64,000 nucleotides of DNA from an uncultured Salinisphaerales bacterium (GTDB lineage: Bacteria; Pseudomonadota; Gammaproteobacteria; Nevskiales; CAJXLF01). The position numbers and the translations under genes were made by a program. The stretch is from contig CAJXLF010000012.1 in NCBI GenBank assembly GCA_913055805.1, positions 35,034 through 99,033 on the forward strand, in the 5' to 3' direction. The notes beneath the pieces were generated by a model. The model ran no database searches. It saw only the letters and a program-made list of their open reading frames with translations, and had not been told where the DNA came from. Positions within the stretch are counted from its first letter, which is position 1, and the number at the start of each line of letters is the position of its first letter. Of the stretch, positions 8,446 to 18,354 are shown one piece after another.

Positions 8446-10158
8446 GTGAGACAAACCCCTATGGATTCTGCATTACCAATCGAAGCGCCGTTGGTCATAA
8501 AAGACCCGGAGGGCGCTCAATGGGATCTCGATTGCGGCCTGCTGGTGGTGGGCCTGGGCGCGGCCGGCGCCTCGGCGGCCATTCACGCGAAAGAGGCTGG
8601 CGCCGACGTGCTGGTGCTGGACCGCTTCGGCATGGGTGGCGCCACCGCCAAAAGCGGCGGCGTGGTCTATGCCGGCGGCGGTACCGCGGTGCAACGCAAG
8701 CTGGGTGTTGAAGATTCGCCCGAGGCGATGTTCAACTACCTGCGCCTGGAAACCGGCGATGCCGTGGGCGAGGACACCCTGCGCCGCTTCTGCAACGACA
8801 GCCGTGGCCTGATCGAGTGGCTGGAATCCATCGGCGCCTCCTTCGATTCGAACGACGAACCGCCCAAGACCTCTTATCCGAAGAACGGCATCTACCTCTA
8901 TTACTCCGGCAACGAGGCGGTACTGCCCTTTGCCGAGGCCGCGCCGCCGGCGCCGCGCGGCCACCGCACCGCCGATGCCGGCCTGTCCGGCAAGCGCCTG
9001 TTTACTCACCTCAACAACCGCGTCGCGGCGCTGGGCATTCCGGTGCATAGCCAGTGCGCCGTGCGCCAGCTCATCACCGATAACAACGGCAATGTCATCG
9101 GCGTGCGCGCCTGGCGGCTAACGCCAGGATCGGAAGCCGCCCGCAAACACGAGAAACTGATCCGCCGGGCCGATACCATCCACAACGGCCTGCCCGGCAT
9201 GGCCGACCGACTGCGGGCGAAGGCCTCCGCCATCGAGCAGGCTGAAGCCCAACCCCTGAACATTCGCGCCCGGCAGGGCGTGGTACTGACCACCGGCGGC
9301 TTCATCTTCAACCGCGAAATGGTGGCGCAGTACGCGCCCAACTACCGGCACAACATGCGCCTGGGCACCACCGGTTGCGAGGGCAGCGGCATCCGCCTGG
9401 GCCAGTCCGTGGGCGGCGCCATCGGCCGCATGCACAAGGCCTCGGCCTGGCGTTTCATCAATCCGCCGCAAGTCTGGGTCAAGGGCATGGTGGTGGATGG
9501 ACAGGGCAAGCGCTTCTGCAATGAGGCTTCCTACGGCGCACGCCTGGGCGTGCAAATGTGCGACGAGCACGACGGCAAGGCCTGGCTGATCATGGATGCC
9601 GGCATTCGCCGCGCGGCGATCCGCGAGGCCCTGTTCGGCGGCCTGTGGATATTCCAGAAAGGGCCTGCGCTGCTACTGATGCTGTTTGCCAGGCGTGCCC
9701 GCTCCATTGTCAGTCTGGCGCACAAGCTGGGCCTGCCGGCCGAAACGCTGAACGCCGAACTGCATGCTTATAACCGCGTGGCCGAGGAAGGCGGCACCGA
9801 CGCCCTGGGCAAGACCGCCGACAAGATGCAGGTGCTGAACAATCCACCCTACTACGCGCTGAACATCTCGGCGGTGGACAACCCCATGTTCCCCTGCCCG
9901 ACCATCACCCTGGGCGGGTTGAAGATCGACGAGACCAGTGGCGCCGTCGTCAACGAGGCCGGCGAGTCGATCCCCGGCCTCTACGCCGCGGGCCGGGCCG
10001 CCATCGGTATTGCCTCCAATGGTTATGTCAGCGGCCTGTCGCTGGCTGACTGCCTGTGGTCCGGCAAGCGCGCCGGCCTGGCTGCCATCCAGCCTGCCAC
10101 AGGCGCCACGGTTACCGAACTCCCCACCTCTGCCGCAGCCAATCAAGCCGTAAACTGA
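8446..10158 (+). CDS. tesI: 3-ketosteroid Delta4(5alpha)-dehydrogenase (TesI-like FAD enzyme)
   Basis: VVGLGAAG, GGATAKSGGVVYAGGGT, KTSYP..YLYYSGNE, TLGGL, GLYAAGRAA, YVSGLSLADC; the start may be 8461. Confidence 0.75.
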   Translation: MRQTPMDSALPIEAPLVIKDPEGAQWDLDCGLLVVGLGAAGASAAIHAKEAGADVLVLDRFGMGGATAKSGGVVYAGGGTAVQRKLGVEDSPEAMFNYLRLETGDAVGEDTLRRFCNDSRGLIEWLESIGASFDSNDEPPKTSYPKNGIYLYYSGNEAVLPFAEAAPPAPRGHRTADAGLSGKRLFTHLNNRVAALGIPVHSQCAVRQLITDNNGNVIGVRAWRLTPGSEAARKHEKLIRRADTIHNGLPGMADRLRAKASAIEQAEAQPLNIRARQGVVLTTGGFIFNREMVAQYAPNYRHNMRLGTTGCEGSGIRLGQSVGGAIGRMHKASAWRFINPPQVWVKGMVVDGQGKRFCNEASYGARLGVQMCDEHDGKAWLIMDAGIRRAAIREALFGGLWIFQKGPALLLMLFARRARSIVSLAHKLGLPAETLNAELHAYNRVAEEGGTDALGKTADKMQVLNNPPYYALNISAVDNPMFPCPTITLGGLKIDETSGAVVNEAGESIPGLYAAGRAAIGIASNGYVSGLSLADCLWSGKRAGLAAIQPATGATVTELPTSAAANQAVN

Positions 10159-10163
10159 AAATT

Positions 10164-11735
10164 ATGTCGAAGTCCTACGCCGCCACTGTTCCCGCCGCCT
10201 TTGCCGAATCCGTCGCCAACTACGGCGAGCGTCCTGCCCTGATTGGAGAGGACGGTCAGTCCTTAAGCTATCGTGAACTCGACGCCGCGCGCCTGCAGGC
10301 CGCGCGGGCATTGATGGCGCTGGGCGTGCAACATGGCGACCGCGTCTCTATCTGGGCGCAGAACTGTAACGAGTGGGTGATTGCCGGCCTGGCCATTCAC
10401 AGCATCGGTGCTGTGCTGGTGCCCATCAATACCCGCATGAAGGGTCAGGAAGCGGGCTATGCCCTGGGCAAGAGCGGCGCCAAGGTGCTGTTCTGCCCCG
10501 GTGACTTCCTGAACCAGCATTACCCGACCCTGCTGGGCGAACACCGGCCCGCCAGTGTCGAACACATCATCGTGCTGCGTGATGCACAGCCGGGCGATCT
10601 GGACTGGCAGACATTTCTCGACAAGGGCGAGGCTGTCTCCGAAGATGCGGTTGCCACGCGTGGGGCTGCCGTCACTGCGGATGACCGCATGGACATCATG
10701 TTCACCTCCGGCACCACCGGCCTGCCCAAGGGCGTAATCACCCATCACGGCCAGAACCTGCGCGTGATTGCCGAATGGTGCGACCGCATGGCCATGACGC
10801 CGGAAGACCGCTACCTGGTCGCCAACCCCTTCTTCCATGCCTTTGGCTACAAGGTGGGCTGGCTGGGCGGCCTGCTGGAAGGCTGCGCCGTGATGCCACA
10901 TGCCATTTTTGATGCCGCCGACGTCATGCGCCGCATCGATGATGACAAGGTCTCCGTGCTGCCCGGTCCGCCCACGCTGTTCATCAGCCTGCTAAATGAC
11001 CCGGCGGCGCAGAAATATGACCTGTCCAGCCTGCGCGCCACTATCACCGGCGCGGCGGCTGTAGCCCCTTCGCTGGTCGACCGCATCCGCGAGGAACTGG
11101 GCTTCGACATCGTACTGACCGGTTATGGCCTGACCGAAACTTGCGGCATCGTGGCGCTCTGCGATCCCGATGACGATGCCGAAACCATTGTCAGCACCTG
11201 CGGCAAACCGATTCCGGATATCGAGGTAGCCATACATGATGTACGAGGGCACGACCCCGAAGGCAAGGCACTGCCTGCCGGCGAGGCCGGTGAAATCGTG
11301 GTGCGCGGTTACAACGTCATGCAGGGTTACTTTGATGACGACGCCGCGACCGCCGAAGCCATCGACAGCCAGGGCTGGCTGCACACCGGCGACATCGGCC
11401 TGATGGACGAACGCGGTTACCTGAAGATCACCGACCGCCTCAAAGACCTGTACATCTGCGGCGGCTTCAACTGCTACCCGGCCGAGATCGAGCGCATGAT
11501 GGCGGCGCACCCGGACATTGCCCAGGTGGCGGTGATCGGCGTGCCGGACGAACGCATGGGCGAAGTCGGCAAGGCCTTCATTGTGCCGCGCGGTGGCGCC
11601 AGCATTGACAGCAAAGCCATGACCGCCTGGTGTCGGGAACAGATGGCCAACTACAAGGTGCCGCGTTACATCGAGACCATTGACGCCCTGCCCACGAACC
11701 CGTCGGGCAAGGTGATGAAGTTCCAATTGAAATAA
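10164..11735 (+). CDS. fadD3: FadD3-family HIP-CoA ligase
   Basis: MFTSGTTGLPKG, NPFFHAFGYKVG, TGYGLTE, WLHTGDIG, ICGGFNCYPAEIE; start at MSKSY. Confidence 0.8.
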   Translation: MSKSYAATVPAAFAESVANYGERPALIGEDGQSLSYRELDAARLQAARALMALGVQHGDRVSIWAQNCNEWVIAGLAIHSIGAVLVPINTRMKGQEAGYALGKSGAKVLFCPGDFLNQHYPTLLGEHRPASVEHIIVLRDAQPGDLDWQTFLDKGEAVSEDAVATRGAAVTADDRMDIMFTSGTTGLPKGVITHHGQNLRVIAEWCDRMAMTPEDRYLVANPFFHAFGYKVGWLGGLLEGCAVMPHAIFDAADVMRRIDDDKVSVLPGPPTLFISLLNDPAAQKYDLSSLRATITGAAAVAPSLVDRIREELGFDIVLTGYGLTETCGIVALCDPDDDAETIVSTCGKPIPDIEVAIHDVRGHDPEGKALPAGEAGEIVVRGYNVMQGYFDDDAATAEAIDSQGWLHTGDIGLMDERGYLKITDRLKDLYICGGFNCYPAEIERMMAAHPDIAQVAVIGVPDERMGEVGKAFIVPRGGASIDSKAMTAWCREQMANYKVPRYIETIDALPTNPSGKVMKFQLK

Positions 11736-11738
11736 TGA

Positions 11739-11870
11739 ACCACAGATGCACACAGATATGCACAGATGGTCATTTTTCTGATCCTGGGTATGTAAGAAGG
11801 AATAAAACTCTACCGCTCATCCTGAGCTTGTCGAAGGATGAATCTGTGTCCATCTGTGAAATCTGTGGAT
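11739..11870. repeat. Family B repeat with a nested family C element (ccgctcatcctgagcttgtcgaagga, 11813-11838)
   Basis: ccacagatgcacacagatatgcacagat ... atctgtgtccatctgtgaaatctgtggat. Confidence 0.85.
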
Positions 11871-11877
11871 AAAGAAT

Positions 11878-12747
11878 ATGAACAATGAGAAACCTTTAAA
11901 AGGCAAAGTCGCCTGCGTCACCGGCGCCTCACGCGGCGCCGGCAAGGGCATTGCCGAAGCCCTGGGCGCCGAGGGCGCCACCGTCTATGTGACCGGTCGC
12001 AGCAAACAGGAAGGTGACGCACCTCTACCCGGCACCATCTATGCCACGGCTGACGCCATCACCGCCGCCGGCGGCAACGGCATTGCCGTGGCCTGCGATC
12101 ATGCTGACGACGCCCAGGTTGCCGCGCTTTTTGAGCAAATCAAGCACGAACAGGGCCGCCTCGACATCCTGGTGAACAACGCCTGCTTCCTGCACGACGA
12201 ACTTATCCAGACCGGCGGCTTCTGGGAAAAATCCCTCGGCCTGGTGGATATCCTCGATGTCGGCCTGCGCTCGTCCTATGTGGCCAGCTGGCATGCCGCA
12301 AAAATGATGGTGGAGCAGAAGAATGGCCTGATTGCCTTCACTTCGTCGTTTGGTGGCAACTGCTACATGCATGGCGCAGCCTATGGCGCACAGAAAGCCG
12401 GCGTGGACCGCTTTGCCTACGACATGGCGGTGGACCTGAAAGACTACAACGTCGCCGCGGTGTCCATCTGGATGGGCATGTTGCGCACGGAGCGTAGCCA
12501 CCGGGCCATGGATCTGGAGCCGGAGAAATACCAGGGCTTCTGGGATATTTCCGAAACCCCGGAATTCACCGGCCATATTCTCTCGGCCATCTACCGCGAC
12601 TCGGATCGGGCCGACAAATCCGGCAAGGTACTGATCGGCGCCGAAGTCGCCCTTGAGTACGGCATTACCGATGAAGACCGCCAGCCGCCCTCACATCGCG
12701 AAATGCTCGGCGGGCCGCCGGCGGTCCATCCCGCCATCGTGCAATAA
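11878..12747 (+). CDS. Short-chain dehydrogenase/reductase (DHRS1-like)
   Basis: TGASRGAGKG, LVNNA, YGAQK. Confidence 0.85.
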   Translation: MNNEKPLKGKVACVTGASRGAGKGIAEALGAEGATVYVTGRSKQEGDAPLPGTIYATADAITAAGGNGIAVACDHADDAQVAALFEQIKHEQGRLDILVNNACFLHDELIQTGGFWEKSLGLVDILDVGLRSSYVASWHAAKMMVEQKNGLIAFTSSFGGNCYMHGAAYGAQKAGVDRFAYDMAVDLKDYNVAAVSIWMGMLRTERSHRAMDLEPEKYQGFWDISETPEFTGHILSAIYRDSDRADKSGKVLIGAEVALEYGITDEDRQPPSHREMLGGPPAVHPAIVQ

Positions 12748-12749
12748 AT

Positions 12750-13586
12750 ATGTCCGAAACGGATCGCATCAGCCCCACGGCCTTTGCCACGGGCCATATG
12801 TGGGTGCGCCTGGGGCTGTCGCATCCGGCCATGTCCACACCGCGCGGCGTGCGTCTGGACCGCGCCTTTTCGCTGGCCATCCAGCCACGTCGCCTGCTGG
12901 GCGGTACCGGCGCCTTCGACACCCTGATGCGCGCCCGACATACCGGCATCGACTGCCTGCTGGAACAGGCCATCGAATCGGGCAAGCTCAGTCAGGTAAT
13001 TGAACTGGCGGCCGGCCTGTCGGGCCGCGGCTGGCGCATGACACAGAAATTTCCGGACCTGACTTACATCGAAACCGACCTGCCGGCCATGGCCGAACTC
13101 AAGCACGGCATGCTGGACGGCACCGGCCTGCTGTCGGACCGGCACCAGGTACGCGTGGTGGACGCCCTGACGGATGCAGGGCCCGAATCCCTGGCGGCGT
13201 TGATTGATACGCTGGATAGCAGCAAGGGTACGGCCATCATTACCGAAGGTCTGATGAGTTACATGGACCCGGACACAGCGGTAACGCTATGGCAGCGGAT
13301 ATCCGGTCAGCTGAAACGCTTCCCGCAAGGCCTGTATCTGTCCGACGGCTACGTGCAGAGCGAAGTGAAAAGCTTCTCCTCCACACTCATCAAGACCATC
13401 CTGCAACGCTTCGTGAAGGGTGGCCTGTATACGCATTACAGCTCTGCCGAAGATGCGACACAGAAACTGACCTCGAACGGCTTTGCCCGGGCCAGCCTGC
13501 ATGCAGCCCGCGATCTGCCGGCCACCAGAGAACTGGGCACCAAGCCCGGCGGCAGCCGGGTGCGGGTACTGGAAGCCTGGGTTTGA
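12750..13586 (+). CDS. Class I SAM-dependent methyltransferase (LCM family)
   Basis: ISPTA, ARHTGID, VIELAAGLSGRG, ETDLP, ITEGLMSY. Confidence 0.8.
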   Translation: MSETDRISPTAFATGHMWVRLGLSHPAMSTPRGVRLDRAFSLAIQPRRLLGGTGAFDTLMRARHTGIDCLLEQAIESGKLSQVIELAAGLSGRGWRMTQKFPDLTYIETDLPAMAELKHGMLDGTGLLSDRHQVRVVDALTDAGPESLAALIDTLDSSKGTAIITEGLMSYMDPDTAVTLWQRISGQLKRFPQGLYLSDGYVQSEVKSFSSTLIKTILQRFVKGGLYTHYSSAEDATQKLTSNGFARASLHAARDLPATRELGTKPGGSRVRVLEAWV

Positions 13587-13595
13587 TGTTCAGCT

Positions 13596-13720
13596 CCCTC
13601 GCCCCTCGGGGGAGAGGGTCGGGGTGAGGGGCAAAGCAGAATCCATCGCTGTCTCACCTTGGAGAACCGCTCCGCGGTTACCCCTCATCCTGACCTTCTC
13701 CCCTTGAAGGGGAGAAGGAA
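13596..13720. repeat. REP-like pair, family A, between convergent genes
   Basis: ccctcgcccctcgggggagagggtcggggtgagggg ... cccctcatcctgaccttctccccttgaaggggagaagg. Confidence 0.8.
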
Positions 13721-13807
13721 ATCATTCCTCCAATCGACCGATCGCAGGAATCTTTTAGCATCAGATTTCTCCGCTCCGGCGCCCAGCACCTCCGGTCGAA
13801 ATGACGC

Positions 13808-15685
13808 CTAGTTGAGTTCCGTATTGGGCACCACCGGCAACACCACGCTCGAAGGATGCTCGGCGTCGGTGAGCAGGCTGTAGACACCCAGAATCTGATC
13901 CACCAGATCCGTCAGCGGCGGCAGGCCATGCGGGAAGTCACTGGCGCCGATCGCCAGGCGCAGCGAGTAGCCTGCGGGCACCACGAAGCTGGTCGGGAAC
14001 ACTTCCACGTTCAACAGGATCGGTTCACCAATACCCGGAGCCGGCGACAACGCCTCCTCGGTATAGGGATGCCAGGGCTGGATCATCTCGCCATCCAGGA
14101 ACCGCGACTTCAGCGGATCGACCGCGCGATGACGGGCCGACAGAATGCCGTTGGTGATTTCCTTCGACGCCCCTTCCGGGCTGACCAGGGTGACTTTCAC
14201 TGATATGCCCACATCCAGCGCCATGTCCGGCGACACCCAGATGTCCGCGCCAATGGGACCGTTGATGTAATAGTCCTCGGTCATCGGCTCGGTGGTGAAG
14301 GTGGTTTCCAACAGCGCTTCATTGAGCATGTTATCGGTGAAACAGGGCAACGGAATCATGCCCACCAGGCCGGCAGTCCACTGGCTGGAACTGCCTGAGC
14401 AGATACCGTTAACCGGCAACTGCAGCACCATGCTGCCGCCTTCATCGGCGGCCGGCTGCTCCTGTGTGAGACTGCCGTCGCCGCGCAGATACCAGCGCTC
14501 AGCCTGCGCCTTGGGATGCGGCCAGTCCTGGGCGGTGACGTACTTCTCGGCACCGTACAGATACTGGGTGACATTCGGCACTTCGTCGGCACGGGTATCG
14601 ATACCACGCAGGTACTGGTCGAACCACTGCACGGCAATGCGGTCCAGGTTCGGCACATCGTCGCGCGGCAGGCCTTCGCCGGAAGAGCCGCCGAGATGGG
14701 TCCAGGGACCAATCAGCAACTTGCTGCGGGCGTTATGCTTGAGCGCCTCATACAGCATGGGTTCGCCACGCTGGAAGATGTCGTTCAGGCCACCCACGAT
14801 GAAGGTCGGAATACGGATGCGGTCGGCATATTCAATCGGTGAACGGATACGCCAGAATTCACCGTCGTACTGCGTCGCGCCTGCACCCGTGGCGGCGTCA
14901 ACAATAATCGGTACCTGGAAGCCGGTACCGGCATTGATGACATCGTTGAGCAGGTACTGGAAGGCGGTGGGCGGGTCGTCGAAGGTGTTGGCGGTCGGCA
15001 CGATGGTGAGGCCGGTCACCAGGCCCATCCACAGCGGAATGAAACCGATGTTGGTCTGGCCGCCGGTCACCACGATGTCACGATAGGCATCGCCCATCGG
15101 CACGATGGCAAAGATGGCCTTGTGCGCCGGATGCTGATGCGCTGCGGTAAACAGCTGGGTGATGGCCATGAAGGAGGCGCCCCAGCTGCCGATGTTGCCG
15201 TCGCAGAAGTCCTGCGCGGCTACCCAGCTGATCACTTCGCCGTAATCCGCCTGCTCGTTCTCGCCAAAGGCATCCCAGCTACCGCCGGAACTGCCGGTGC
15301 CGCGCACATCCACGCTGACGTGGGCATAGCCACGCTTCACCAGGTACTCATTGGATGCCGGGATGAAGGGAATGCCGATGTTGTAACCGGTCTGGGTCAG
15401 CACCGTGGGAAAGGAACCTTCCACGGGGTTACCTGATTCGTCGGCCGGTACGGAGACGCTATACGCCAGCTGTACGCCGTCGCGCATTTCGATAGTGCCG
15501 TTGGTTGTTGCGACGCCAGGGTAATCCTCGACGCGCTCGTATTCGAACCAGCTTTCGCTGGACTGCGCCACGCCGCCGTTGCCCCCGCCATTGCTGTTGA
15601 CCGGGCCATCGTTGCTGTCCGAACCACAGGCCGCCAGAAGCAGGCTCAAGCAGAGCGCTGCACAGAATTGCAGTAGGTATCTCAT
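13808..15685 (-). CDS. CocE/NonD-family serine hydrolase, lipoprotein
   Basis: Lipobox LLAAC; VDVRGTGSSGG; GSWGASFMA nucleophile elbow; IGPWTH; C-terminal jelly-roll segment. Confidence 0.85.
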   Translation of the reverse strand: MRYLLQFCAALCLSLLLAACGSDSNDGPVNSNGGGNGGVAQSSESWFEYERVEDYPGVATTNGTIEMRDGVQLAYSVSVPADESGNPVEGSFPTVLTQTGYNIGIPFIPASNEYLVKRGYAHVSVDVRGTGSSGGSWDAFGENEQADYGEVISWVAAQDFCDGNIGSWGASFMAITQLFTAAHQHPAHKAIFAIVPMGDAYRDIVVTGGQTNIGFIPLWMGLVTGLTIVPTANTFDDPPTAFQYLLNDVINAGTGFQVPIIVDAATGAGATQYDGEFWRIRSPIEYADRIRIPTFIVGGLNDIFQRGEPMLYEALKHNARSKLLIGPWTHLGGSSGEGLPRDDVPNLDRIAVQWFDQYLRGIDTRADEVPNVTQYLYGAEKYVTAQDWPHPKAQAERWYLRGDGSLTQEQPAADEGGSMVLQLPVNGICSGSSSQWTAGLVGMIPLPCFTDNMLNEALLETTFTTEPMTEDYYINGPIGADIWVSPDMALDVGISVKVTLVSPEGASKEITNGILSARHRAVDPLKSRFLDGEMIQPWHPYTEEALSPAPGIGEPILLNVEVFPTSFVVPAGYSLRLAIGASDFPHGLPPLTDLVDQILGVYSLLTDAEHPSSVVLPVVPNTELN

Positions 15686-15830
15686 GCCGGAATTCTCTCC
15701 AGAATTAAAGCTCGCGAGCAAAACTCACTTATGTTCTATTTGTAGTTTATCACTAAAAGTCGTGAATTCACTGCATCCGTTCGGCACATTGCCACGTATA
15801 TTGGATATCTATCAACACAGCGGCATTATC

Positions 15831-16346
15831 ATGAGCACCAGAAACCAGTTCCTGATTCTCAACATTCTCGGCGGTATGGCCGTGCTGGGCAGCTACGCCT
15901 GGGGTATAGGTCTGTTCCCCGATCTGCGCGACGATTTCTGGGGCGGCGTCCCCGAGGGCCTGCGCGGGTTTTACACCCTCAACATGTTCCTGGCCGCCGG
16001 CGGTTATATCGCCATTTTCAGCTTTTTCATGTTGCGCGAAAGGCCGGAAAACTTCGCCCGTCTGTACCTGCCCTATGTGCTGATCCTGATTCCCTCGGCC
16101 CTGTGGCTGCCGCTTACCGTCTGGGTATTGCTGGAGCCGGGCATTGCGCTGTGGTGGCTGTTGCGCATCGACCTGCTGGCCGTCGGCCTCGGCGGCCTGA
16201 TGCTGTACCCGGCCCTGTGGCGTACCGAAGCGGGTTCGCGTGATACCAAGAAACTGCTCAGCATCGCGCTGTTCTTTTTCTGCCTGCAGACCGCGGTGCT
16301 GGATGCGCTGGTGTGGCCGTACTATTTTGAGCTGCCGATGCACTAA
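15831..16346 (+). CDS. Hypothetical integral membrane protein
   Basis: Several hydrophobic helices; start at MSTRNQF. Confidence 0.65.
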   Translation: MSTRNQFLILNILGGMAVLGSYAWGIGLFPDLRDDFWGGVPEGLRGFYTLNMFLAAGGYIAIFSFFMLRERPENFARLYLPYVLILIPSALWLPLTVWVLLEPGIALWWLLRIDLLAVGLGGLMLYPALWRTEAGSRDTKKLLSIALFFFCLQTAVLDALVWPYYFELPMH

Positions 16347-16387
16347 CCGTCGTCGACTAGCCGTAATGAAATGGCCGGTCAGGTAGA

Positions 16388-17692
16388 ATGGCCGGCATGT
16401 CACCCAACGACACCACCCGATTCAATCGCCTGCGCTGGCTGATTTTCAGCCTGCTGAGCACAGCGTTCGTGCTGGCCTTCTTCCACCGGGTGGCGCCGAC
16501 GGTGCTGGCCGAGCAACTGGCCGTTTCGCTCAATGCCTCCGCGGTAGCACTGGGCAGCATCGCGGCCATGTACTTTCATATCTATGCCGCCATGCAGATT
16601 CCTGCAGGCCTGGTGGCCGACCGCATCGGCACACGCCTGAGCGTAGGCCTGTCGGCCGCGATAGGCGGCGTGGGCTCGATCATTTTCGCCCTGGCGCCGG
16701 ATGTCTTCACCGCCAGCGTGGGCCGCTTCGTCATCGGCTTCGGCGTGTCCTTTGCCTTTGTCGCCACCCTGCGGGCCGCCGGTTTCTGGTACCGGCCGGA
16801 GCAGTACGCCCAGGTCAGCGGCTGGATCATCCTGGTGGGCAACCTCGGCGCCATCCTGGCCGGCACACCGCTGGCCTTTGCACTGGAGTTCATGACCTGG
16901 CGCACCGCGTTTTTGTGGGTGGGCGGCTTCTCCCTGCTACTGTCTGCCGCCATTCTGCTGATTGTGCGTAATACCCCGGAACAGGCCGGCTTTGCCCCGG
17001 CCGGCGCGCCTGCTGCCCATGATGATGTCGGTTTCTGGCCCGGACTGGCAGCGGTGACCCGCATTCCCGGTATCTGGCTCTGTTTTCTGGCCGGCTTTGC
17101 GCTGGTCGGTCCCTTCTTCGGCTTCGCCGGAATCTGGGCGGTGCCCTTTCTCATGCACGAGATGCGGCTGACGGCGCGGGAAGCGGCCGACTGCATCACG
17201 CTGGCGCTGTTGCTGCTGGCCTTCAGCCCGGCCTTCATCGGCTGGTTCTCCGACCGCATCGGCAAACGCCGTGGCCTGATCATGGCCTCCTGCCTGCTGA
17301 GCACCATCAACTGGGCCATTTTCGGCTTTGTAGACGGTCTGGGCTTCTGGGGCGCCTGCATCCTGATGACCATAGGCGGCGCCTGCTGCAGCGGCATGGT
17401 TATCACCTACGCCACGGCCAAGGACCTGGCGCCGGCCTCGGCCGCAGGCTTCGCTGTTTCACTGGTGAACACCGGCCTGTTTACCGGCGCGGCCTTGCTG
17501 CAGATCTGGCTCGGCTGGCTGCTGTCGCTCAACGGCTATTCACCGGACGGGGATATTGCGCCGGACTTCAGCTGGGCCATGGCTTCCCTGGTGGCGGTAT
17601 CCGCCATCGGTTTTCTCGCTACGCTGTGGATACCGGAAACGCACCCGCTGGCTGACAGCGATCAGGAAGAAGCCAAGCTCGATCCCATCTAG
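16388..17692 (+). CDS. MFS transporter
   Basis: 12-TM pattern; GLVADRIGTR and GWFSDRIGKRR MFS motifs. Confidence 0.9.
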   Translation: MAGMSPNDTTRFNRLRWLIFSLLSTAFVLAFFHRVAPTVLAEQLAVSLNASAVALGSIAAMYFHIYAAMQIPAGLVADRIGTRLSVGLSAAIGGVGSIIFALAPDVFTASVGRFVIGFGVSFAFVATLRAAGFWYRPEQYAQVSGWIILVGNLGAILAGTPLAFALEFMTWRTAFLWVGGFSLLLSAAILLIVRNTPEQAGFAPAGAPAAHDDVGFWPGLAAVTRIPGIWLCFLAGFALVGPFFGFAGIWAVPFLMHEMRLTAREAADCITLALLLLAFSPAFIGWFSDRIGKRRGLIMASCLLSTINWAIFGFVDGLGFWGACILMTIGGACCSGMVITYATAKDLAPASAAGFAVSLVNTGLFTGAALLQIWLGWLLSLNGYSPDGDIAPDFSWAMASLVAVSAIGFLATLWIPETHPLADSDQEEAKLDPI

Positions 17693-18270
17693 ACGGCTCG
17701 GGCGCCGAGTGCCTTCATGGTCTCCAGCCAACGCGCCCGCCGGGCATCCGACATACCCTCAATCAGTCCGATCAGGGTGCTGCGCACAGGCCGGATACCC
17801 ACAAACTGCAGGATATTGCGCTTGAGGCTCTTGAGGCTGTGCGCACAGAAAAACAGTCGGTATAGCAGGGCCGGCATACCCATGGTGATCACGATGCGGG
17901 CCTGTTTTCCCTTCAGCGGACGTGTGGACTTCCCCTGCTCTTTCGGCCCGGAGACGAAATCCGGGCGCAGTATCTGCTCGAGAAACCCCTTGAGCAGGGC
18001 CGGCATGCCGCCCAGCCACAGCGGATAGAAAATCACTACCAGATCGGCGGCGGCAATCGCGGTCTGGGCCTTCACCACGCCTGGCGGGGCCGGCGCTTTC
18101 CACTCCTGCGGGCTATGCAGCAGCGGAATATCCAGCTCAGCTACGTTCAGCGTAGTGACCTGATGACCTGCCCCGGTCGCACCCTGCGCATAGGCTTGCG
18201 CCAGGGCATGGCCGAAATGTTTTTGCGAGGCGTCGGGGTGCCCCTGAATAATTACCAGCCGTTTGGGCAT
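17689..18270 (-). CDS. Flavodoxin-fold NAD(P)H quinone oxidoreductase (KefF/MdaB family)
   Basis: IIQGHPD, YPLWLGGMPALLKGFLE, ITMG. Confidence 0.85.
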   Translation of the reverse strand: MPKRLVIIQGHPDASQKHFGHALAQAYAQGATGAGHQVTTLNVAELDIPLLHSPQEWKAPAPPGVVKAQTAIAAADLVVIFYPLWLGGMPALLKGFLEQILRPDFVSGPKEQGKSTRPLKGKQARIVITMGMPALLYRLFFCAHSLKSLKRNILQFVGIRPVRSTLIGLIEGMSDARRARWLETMKALGARAV

Positions 18271-18327
18271 GACAGTTACCTGCAGAACAGAAGGCCATCA
18301 GTCTCCCGCCCTGCATGGCTCACCGCG

Positions 18328-18341
18328 TTGACCTGCGTCAA
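18328..18341. promoter_or_regulatory. FNR/Anr/Dnr-like box TTGAC-N4-GTCAA
   Basis: ttgac ctgc gtcaa, 57 nt upstream of the flavodoxin-fold gene. Confidence 0.55.
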
Positions 18342-18354
18342 GACAGGCCCGGAA

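Noticed and set aside
13586-13627. TGATG-coupled 13-aa ORF (MFSSLAPRGRGSG) reading into the repeat
   Set aside because: The downstream gene is convergent, so it cannot act as a relay. It is too short to distinguish from chance and was not counted.
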